Assembly: GCA_040954595.2 (NCBI GenBank)
Contig: CM082590.2
Coordinates: 5,456,001 to 5,520,000 of the forward strand
Source of the DNA: Balanoglossus misakiensis
Lineage: Eukaryota; Animalia; Hemichordata
DNA length: 64,000 nucleotides
Direction: 5' to 3'
Shown here: in pieces, positions 54,634 through 64,000 of the stretch
Position numbering within the stretch: the first letter of the stretch is position 1
Layout: the number at the start of each line of letters is the position of its first letter
Made by a program: the position numbers and the translations under genes
The notes under the pieces: model-generated
Database searches by the model: none
Seen by the model: only the letters and a program-made list of their open reading frames with translations
What the model was told of the DNA's origin: nothing

Positions 54634-57600
54634 GAAGTTTTCATATCAAGCTACAGTACCTGAAACAAAAATTTGTAATCACTGACACCCCCATCATTAT
54701 GAATCGCTGACACCCCCCTCCCCCATCATTATGAACACCTTGGTTCACACTGGTTGTTTGTTTACGATTGTGAAACACTGTTCACTTAAGAACACAAGCA
54801 TAGTAAAATTATTAATGATTATAAAACACATCATGGTGCAGCATTTTATTAATACTGCCGATTAGTTCAAAGTTTTCATATCAAGCTACAGTACCTGACA
54901 CAAAAATTTGTGATCACTGACATCCCCCTTCCCCCATCATTATCAATTAGAACACTTGGTTTCACACAGGTTGTTTGTTTACGATTGTGAAACACTGTTC
55001 ACTTAATATGGTGCTGCATTTTAATACTGCAGGTTAGTTCAAAGTTTTCATATCAAGCCACAGTACCTGAAACAAAAATTTTTAATCACTGACACCCCCA
55101 TCATTATGAATCGCTGACACCCCCTACCCCATCATTATGAACACATTGGTTCACACAGGTTGTTTGTTTACGATTGTGAAACACTGTTCACTTAATTAAC
55201 ACAAGCATAGTAGAATTATTAATGATAAAACACATCATGGTGCAGCATTTTAATACTGCAGGTTAGTTCAAAGTTTTCATATCAAGCCACAGTACCTGAA
55301 ACAAAAATTTTTAATCACTGACACCCCCATCATTATGAATCGCTGACACCCCCTACCCCATAATTATGAACACATTGGTTCACACAGGTTGTTTGTTTAC
55401 GATTGTGAAACACTGTTCACTTAATTAACACAAGCATAGTAGAATTATTAATGATAAAACACATCATGGTGCAGCATTTAATACTACAGATTAGTTCAAA
55501 GTTTTCATATCAAGCTACAGTACCTGAAACAAAAAATTGTAATCATTTACACCCCCACCCCTGACACCCCCCACCCCCAATCATTATCAATTAGAACACT
55601 TGGTTTCACACAGGTTGTTTGTTTATGATTATGAAACACTGTTCACTAAATATGGTGCAGCATTTTAATACTGCAGGTTAGTTCAAAGTTTTCATATCAA
55701 GCTACAGTACCTGACACAAAAATTTGTGATCACTGACATCCCCCTCCCACCATCATTATCAATTAGAACACTTGGTTTCACACAGGTTGTTTGTTTACGA
55801 TTGTGAAACACTGTTCACTAAATATGGTGCAGCATTTTAATTAATACTGCAGGTTAGTTCAAAGTTTTCATATCAAGCTACAGTACCTGACACAAAAATT
55901 TGTGATCACTGACATCCCCCTCCCACCATCATTATCAATTAGAACACTTGGTTTCACACAGGTTGTTTGTTTACGATTGTGAAACACTGTTCACTAAATA
56001 TGGTGCAGCATTTTAATACTGCAGGTTAGTTCAAAGTTTTCATATCAAGCTACAGTACCTGAAACAAAAAATTGTAATCACTGACACCCCCCTCCCCCCA
56101 TCATTATCAATTAGAACACTTGGTTTCACACATGTTGTTTGTTTACAATTGTGAAACACTGTTCACTAAATATGGTGCAGCATTTTAATACTGCAGGTTA
56201 GTTCAAAGTTTTCATATCAAGCTACAGTACCTGAAACAAAAAATTGTAATCACTGACACCCCCTCCCCCCATCATTATCAATTAGAACACTTGGTTTCAC
56301 ACAGGTTGTTTGTTTACAATTGTGAAACACTGTTCACTAAATATGGTGCAGCATTTTAATACTGCAGGCTAGTTCAAAGTTTTCATATCAAGCTACAGTA
56401 CCTGAAACAAAAATTTATTATGGCTGACACCCCCCTCCCCCCATCATTATCAATTAGAACACTTGGTTTCACACTGGTTGTTTGTTTACAATTGTGAAAC
56501 ACTGTTCACTAAATATGGTGCAGCATTTTAATTAATACTGCAGGTTAGTTCAAAGTTTTCATATCAAGCTACAGTACCTGACACAAAAATTTGTGATCAC
56601 TGACATCCCCCTCCCACCATCATTATCAATTAGAACACTTGGTTTCACACAGGTTGTTTGTTTACGATTGTGAAACACTGTTCACTAAATATGGTGCAGC
56701 ATTTTAATTAATACTGCAGGTTAGTTCAAAGTTTTCATATCAAGCTACAGTACCTGAAACAAAAAATTGTAATCACTGACACCCCCCTCCCCCCATCATT
56801 ATCAATTAGAACACTTGGTTTCACACAGGTTGTTTGTTTACGATTGTGAAACACTGTTCACTAAATATGGTGCAGCATTTTAATTAATACTGCAGGTTAG
56901 TTCAAAGTTTTCATATCAAGCTACAGTACCTGAAACAAAAAATTGTAATCACTGACACCCCCCTCCCCCCATCATTATCAATTAGAACACTTGGTTTCAC
57001 ACTGGTTGTTTGTTTACAATTGTGAAACACTGTTCACTTAATAACACAAGCATAGTAAAATTATTAATGATAAAACACATCATGGTGCAGCATTTTAATA
57101 CTGCAGATTAGTTCAAAGTTTTCATATCAAGCTACAGTACCTGAAACAAAAATTTATTATGGCTGACACCCCCCTCCCCCCATCATTATCAATTTGAACA
57201 CTTGGTTTCACACAGGTTGTTTGTTTACGATTGTGAAACACTGTTTACTTAATAACACAAGCATAGTAAAATTATTAATGATAAAACACATCATGGTGCA
57301 GCATTTTAATACTGCAGATTAGTTCAAAGTTTTCATATCAAGCTACAGAACCTGAAACAAAAATTTATTATGGCTGACACCCCCCTCCCCCCATCATTAT
57401 CAATTAGAACACTTGGTTTCACACTGGTTGTTTGTTTACAATTGTGAAACACTGTTCACTTAATAACACAAGCATAGTAAAATTATTAATGATAAAACAC
57501 ATCATGGTGCAGCATTTTAATACTGCAGATTAGTTCAAAGTTTTCATATCAAGCTACAGAACCTGAAACAAAAATTTATTATGGCTGACACCCCCCTCCC

Positions 57601-58818
57601 CCCATCATTATCAATTAGAACACTTGGTTTCACACTGGTTGTTTGTTTACAATTGTGAAACACTGTTCACTTAATAACACAAGCATAGTAAAATTATTAA
57701 TGATAAAACACATCATGGTGCAGCATTTTAATACTGCAGATTAGTTCAAAGTTTTCATATCAAGCTACAGAACCTGAAACAAAAATTTATTATGGCTGAC
57801 ACCCCCCTCCCCCCATCATTATCAATTAGAACACTTGGTTTCACACTGGTTGTTTGTTTACAATTGTGAAACACTGTTCACTTAATAACACAAGCATAGT
57901 AAAATTATTAATGATAAAACACATCATGGTGCAGCATTTTAATACTGCAGATTAGTTCAAAGTTTTCATATCAAGCTACAGTACCTGAATCAAAAATTTA
58001 TTATGGCTGACACCCCCCTCCCCCCATCATTATCAATTTGAACACTTGGTTTCACACAGGTTGTTTGTTTACGATTGTGAAACACTGTTCACTTAATTAA
58101 CACAAGCATAGTAGAATTATTAATGATAAAACACATTATGGTGCAGCATTTTAATAATGCAGATTAGTTCAAGGTTTTCATATCAAGCTACAGTACCTGA
58201 ATCAAAAATTTGTGATCACTGACATCCCCCTCCCCCCATCATTATCAATTAGAACACTTGGTTTCACACAGGTTGTTTGTTTACGATTGTGAAACACTGT
58301 TCACTAAATATGGTGCAGCATTTTAATACTGCAGGTTAGTTCAAAGTTTTCATATCAAGCTACAGTACCTGAATCAAAAATTTGTGATCACTGACATCCC
58401 CCTCCCCCATCATTATCAATTAGAACACTTGGTTTCACACAGGTTGTTTGTTTACGTTTGTGAAACACTGTTCACTAAATATGGTGCAGCATTTTAATAC
58501 TGCAGGTTAGTTCAAAGTTTTCATATCAAGCTACAGTACCTGACACAAAAATTTGTAATCACTGACATCCCCCTCCCCCCATCATTATCAATTAGAACAC
58601 TTGGTTTCACACAGGTTGTTTGTTTACGATTGTGAAACACTGTTCACTAAATATGGTGCAGCATTTTAATACTGCAGGTTAGTTCAAAGTTTTCATATCA
58701 AGCTACAGTACCTGAAACAAAAATTTATTATGGCTGACACCCCCCTCCCCCCATCCTTTTCAATTTGAACACTTGGTTTCACACAGGTTGTTTGTTTACG
58801 ATTGTGAAACACTGTTCA
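54634..58818. repeat. About 140-185 bp modular tandem repeat, roughly 25-27 units
   Basis: Paralogue of 26698-28200. Confidence 0.95.
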
Positions 58819-59089
58819 TGTTATAACACCACCAATTCCATAGTGTAATATTATTAACTAGTTTGATAAATCAGAAACTTCTGAGTGCGTGGTTACTTAT
58901 ACGGTATTTCATGTTTGAGAGTGCAAGGTTATGACATCCCCAAATCTGACTGGCCAGGTCAGAATGGGAACACCCACATGTGTGCAAGTTTTAATAAAAT
59001 ACACCTGAGAGCATGACTGCACCCAGCAGATCACCCATTTACAAAGCTTTGTGTCATTACATGTGAGTATGATATTTTTATTTTTATAA

Positions 59090-59668
59090 GTATCACCATC
59101 ATCATTATTATCGCCATCACCAACATTATCACCATCATCATCATCATCATCATCAGTATCACCATCACCACCATTATTATCATCATCATCACCATCACCA
59201 CCATTATTATCACCATCATCACCATCATTATCACCATCACCACCATTATTATCATCATCATCACCATCACCACCATTATTATCACCATCATCACCATCAT
59301 TATCACCATCACCACCATTATTATCACTATCATCACCATCATTATCACCATCACCACCACTATTATCACCATCAGTATCACCATCACCACCATTATTATC
59401 ACTATCATCACCATCACCAACATTATTATCACTATCATCACCATCATCATCACCATCACCACCACTATCATCACCATCATCATCACCATCACCACATTAT
59501 CATCATCATCACCATAACCACCACTATTATCACCATCAGTATCACCATCACCACCATTATTATCACCATCATCACCACCATCACCACCGTTATTATCTTA
59601 AGCAGTATCACCAGTACCACCAGATTCACCATCATTGTCATCACTATTATCACCACCAGTATTATCAT
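59090..59668. repeat. Degenerate (CAT/CAC/TAT)n tract
   Basis: Paralogue of 28465-29062. Confidence 0.95.
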
Positions 59669-60456
59669 ATTCAACACCGCTATGTTACGGTTAAAACTGC
59701 TGTACCAGTTAGTACAGATCTCCATTTACCATGGTAACTGTATTTAAATTTGCATGCATGCATTTTGTCTGAAACACAGACGAACCCGTTACATGATATA
59801 TTTTACATGTCAAGCAAAATGGCTGCTACATTTGTACATTAAAATGATACGAGGCAACAGGGATTCATATGAAGTGCATTCCTAGAAAAAAAGAAAACTT
59901 TATTTAATTCATTTAATAACAGGCATATCAATGATATTTATCTATACCAGTCATAAATTTTCACCAACAGCTCTATGTACTAGGATCATTTTACCCTGGT
60001 TTGTACAAACACATTTGCTTTGCAAAACTCTCTACACAGAAACACAAAGTATGTAATGCCAACTATGCATAAACATTAGGCTACCAATTCTGACGAATAT
60101 TTAAGATGAATGTGACTGATTGTCTGGATGAAAATACATCTCTGTGTAACGTCTATTTATGGTTAAATTAAACCTTTACTAACATTATTATTTCTGTTAT
60201 TTTATACCACTACAACCACAATGCCAAAGCTAATGCTAGTAACAGATACAACATTACACCCATTATTCTGGAGTAAATTAAGACCACTAAGAAACAAATA
60301 TTAACCACCTATACCACTCAAGACATATTCATTCTCCAACCTATTGCGTCTCAAAGCATCCTGAAGATTCACCAAAACCAGACAATACCACATTGACATA
60401 TTCTCTGCAGAAACTACTAATTTATTGGTGTCTTTCTTACACAGATATAAAGAACT

Positions 60457-60625
60457 AATCATCATCACCATTGTTACTGTTTTTGTAACATCTTCATCAT
60501 CATCATTGTCATCATCATCCGCATTATAATCATCATCATCATCATTATCATCATCATCATCATCATCATCATCATTATCATCATTATCATCATCATCACA
60601 ATCATCATTATCATCATCATCATTG
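60457..60625. repeat. (CAT)n microsatellite
   Basis: Paralogue of 29850-29970, longer. Confidence 0.9.
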
Positions 60626-61717
60626 TAGTCATTATTTTTAGTTATTTTATTATCATCCTCCTATTATTCATCCTATTATTCCTAATCATTTTTTTTTCTC
60701 ATATTACATTTGTCTTTCAATTGTCATTGATTTTAAGAATATTACTGCTCCAATTTCAATGTGACTGGTGTGATCATCCTCTTTGCCGTAATTTGCATTT
60801 GAACATCATGAAGTTAATCCAAACTGAATAGCAGATGCCTACCATGTCGTTTTTAATCCTCCCTACCTTAAATAGGTTTTAAGCTACCTTTAGTGAGTGA
60901 TAAAAATCTCATAATATGGTCGACACAATTTCAAGATGGCCGATTTTTGCCATGTTTAAGAAATGGGAGTTCATGAGCTAAAGTAATATTGAGTCTTTCT
61001 GAATCTTTGTAACAGAAAAAATAACAAAATGTGAAAAAAGTTTAATGAGTTTGATATGTTAAGTACAAAGACAGACATGTTTGACCAAAGGAAGTCATAA
61101 CATACAGTAAACATATCATTTATTCTATCTCTTACTACAGTGAGTTGTCGACTTTTTACCCAGAATGCAATTATTAAAATGTGATTTGACTCCCTAGCAC
61201 AAAGTGAATACCTATTAAAGGCAGCCAGAATTCTGCACCATCTGCCAATTATGCAATATTTAAGCTGTCAAGTAAAACAATAAAGTAAATCGTATAAAAA
61301 ATTTTACTTCCCTGCTCAAAGATCGGCTGCAATAATGTACATCCATTTCTGTTATCTTCAACTTTTTCCCACAAGTCCTGTCGGCTAGATCACATGGAAA
61401 GTTCCTCCTGCAATTTAAGAAAGTTGAAAACAATTTTGAGCACAAAATCAAAACTTTCAAAAAATATAGAAATCATGGGTAAGAGGAACTCATATGTTTT
61501 CATCTTCAAATTTGTATACAGTTGTTTATAAAACTGTTGCCAGTTCTCATCCACATATAAAAATGAGATAACTACAGAGCCTTATATTATAATCCTAAAT
61601 TTTAAAATTTAGGAGAACATTTACTATAGTTCTAAGCAGGAAAGCTAAAGGACAAAGTCTCTCGTTGCTACCCTTTTCCCATTAATTATGTTTGATACAA
61701 GACACCGTTTATGTTAA

Positions 61718-62679
61718 AGGCACGTAAGCTGCAACTGGATAAAAAATTGAAGTTTTAAATAATCTCATTTATAATATACCTCATGCTAATACTGTGCCGT
61801 GATTCGCCAGAATCCGTCACGTGATAGGAAAATAGAATCGACTATGAACCGCTAGGGAAATAGCAGAAAAAATATAAACCGGTCACGTGACCAGTGTGAG
61901 TGCGCGCGCAGACTCGGTCACGTCAATCAGCGTCGCGTCGTCTGACACAATGGCCACCGCGGAAGATGTAGTCTGCCAACCTCAAGAGAAAATTGCAAGA
62001 TTTTCCCAGCTGTTAGCATGAGGTTTATTATAAAACACCTATAGCCTGGCCTATATTCGGGCCATAGCGGCCGTTTTTACCCCCTCGTGACTGTGAGTTA
62101 CCAGAATCATATGCTATTTCCCGAGGCCGCAGGCCGAGGGAAATAGCATATGATTCTGGTAACTCACAGCCCCTCGGGTGTAATAAACGGCCGCTATGGC
62201 CCTCATGGCCAGGCAATAGGTGTTCAATATGCTTTTAATTATATCTATTAAATGCTATTTCATGATAATATATCAAGCTCAACACTTATTTATGACAAAA
62301 TGGTCAAAAATTAAAGAAAAACGAAAATTCCTGAAATTTTAAAAAAAGTGCAATATTGCAATGAAAAATGAAAATCTGATGTCTCAGTGGTGTACATTTA
62401 CTTCCATGAGCTCAAGTGGATGAGATCATGTTTTGTTTATGAAGTTTCACAACCGTAAATGCAACAGTTTCATTGTTTCTTGCATTTTCCCACGGTGGCG
62501 GCCATAACCGCTTGCGGCAAAGCTTTATTATTTATCAGGTTAAAACTGGCATATGCACTCATACTTAGGGTTTATAATGCTTGTGTATTGTTCACTGCCT
62601 TTATCTGCATGGACTAGTTGTAGTGCAGTTTGAAACAAAAATTATGAAAATTATCCCAAAAGTTACAGCTTACGTGCCT
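61718..62679. mobile_element. 962-bp non-autonomous Kolobok-like transposon
   Basis: 19-bp TIR aggcacgtaagctg(c/t)aact, TTAA duplicated on both sides, empty site ttatgTTAAtgtat in the paralogue at about 31042-31045. Confidence 0.93.
62034..62224. mobile_element. About 190-bp palindromic element nested in the Kolobok-like element
   Basis: aacacctatagcctggcc...ggccaggcaataggtgtt with a perfect inner stem ctgtgagttaccagaatcatatgctatttccc around a gaggccgcaggccga centre. Confidence 0.85.
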
Positions 62680-63489
62680 TTAATGTATATGTGGATATAT
62701 AGTGAATCAACGTTTAACCACACACACCTTCCATCCCGCTTGTAGACATGAGAGTGAAAAACTCGCCAAAATGAATAATCAGTTTCTACCATTTATTCAT
62801 TTTGGGTGAGCTTTCACTCTCATATCATACAAGTGGTATGGAATTTGTGTGTTGTTGAACGTACATTCACTACATATACAAATGTTCATTAACATAAACA
62901 GTGTGTTGTATCAAACCTAATTAATGGGAAAAGGGCAGGGAGAGAGACACTTTGTCCGTTTAACTTCCTAGGCTGAGAATGCTGAAATACTTGAATAGAC
63001 GCAGACATGGTCAATTGTCAATAGTCTCCTCAGTAAAAGCCCAGAAAATGTTACCACAGGCAGTTCAACATTAAGATGATACAGTTGGTGTTTGAATCAA
63101 GGGTGCTATTCTTTTGAACTTTATGCAAATGTGCAACTCAGATCATTGACTCAGAACAGCAGCTCACATTGTAAAATATTGGAAAATGCTTCACAAATCA
63201 TCATTGATAATCATGATCACACCGAAAAAAGATTAGATAGCACAATTGTATTCCTACACTTTACATGGGGTGTAGTTGCAGTGCAGTGTACAGACTAAAA
63301 CTGCAATGGAATTCTCTGCAATTCTTACTCTCAATCTTGCCTTACTTTATGAATATTTTGTATACTAGTATGATTGTCATAATGGCAACAGAAAAAATGT
63401 CCCTCTCATTATCAAAAGGCCCTTAAAGTGGAGACCACCGGCAAAAATGACCTCAAATCTCTGATCCTAGATTCACCACTGCACAAACA

Positions 63490-64000
63490 ATATCACCAGA
63501 ATTTTACAGTGTCTTACTTCAATCACCATAAGGAATATGCCTACAAAAATTCAAAGCAATCTGACAAACGGTTTCATAGAAAACAATTTTTTTGCGCAAA
63601 ATCCCCCAAAATTGCCCCAAGAACACAAATATGGAAATTTCACCAACAAGGTATGTACGACAGCTTACTTTGGTTATCCCTAGGAACATGCCTACCAAAA
63701 TCCTAATGATTCTGGACAAGAGGTTTCAGAGAAATGATTTTTTACCAAAAATGATTTTTTACCAAAAATCATAAAAATTACCCAAAAATGACAAATATGC
63801 AAATTATGCAACAAACTGGAAAAAATGACTTAGATTACCTATTGGAAGCTTCATAATAAATTTTAAAGCAATCAACCCATGATTGTTTACAGTCTATAAT
63901 ATAAAAAAAAGACTAAAATCTTCCTAAAAATAGAAAATTCATGATATTAAATAAAAACTTTGAGGACTGTGTGAGGTTCAGTGGTTGACATAAGGTACAT
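63490..64000 (-). mobile_element. HINE-like element, paralogue of 32258-32749
   Basis: Colinear with copy 1 after a deletion of about 400 bp. Confidence 0.55.

Larger units (their letters stand above)
61638..62969. mobile_element. Foldback MITE (paralogue of 30966-31331) interrupted by an insertion
   Basis: Same arms, split at TTAA 61714-61717 / 62680-62683. Confidence 0.85.
35129..64000 (+). repeat. Tandem segmental duplication, copy 2 (runs off the window)
   Basis: Starts taactgccccactactagcgtaaccgc as at 11589; the last bases correspond to 32749. Confidence 0.95.

Noticed and set aside
25896-59725. Poly-Met/Val/Asp ORFs
   Set aside because: Translations of (CAT/CAC)n tracts that differ in length and frame between the duplicate copies

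Overview
AT-rich, intron-containing animal DNA (marine invertebrate-like, by inference) with no intact host gene, no RNA gene and no CRISPR array. 1-11.6 kb is a cluster of DNA-transposon remnants. It includes a disrupted spliced gene encoding a PHD finger, 17 x 35-aa tandem repeats that vary only at one di-residue, and a MULE/NOF-type DDE transposase, followed by a rearranged partial copy of that gene. Next come a TAG...CTA foldback element carrying arrays of CTCF- and YY1-like motifs, an internally deleted Kolobok element (THAP gene on -, KolX/P2X7-ballast-like exon on +), and a Helentron-type (HINE) element. 11.6-64 kb is a direct tandem segmental duplication (about 23.5 kb unit; copy 2 runs off the window). 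It carries five unrelated tandem arrays (about 290, 91, 278, 258 and 140-185 bp) that changed copy number independently in the two copies, plus a TTAA-duplicating insertion present only in copy 2. Nearly all short ORFs in the supplied track are artefacts of these arrays. Family assignments come from motif recognition by eye, not database searches.
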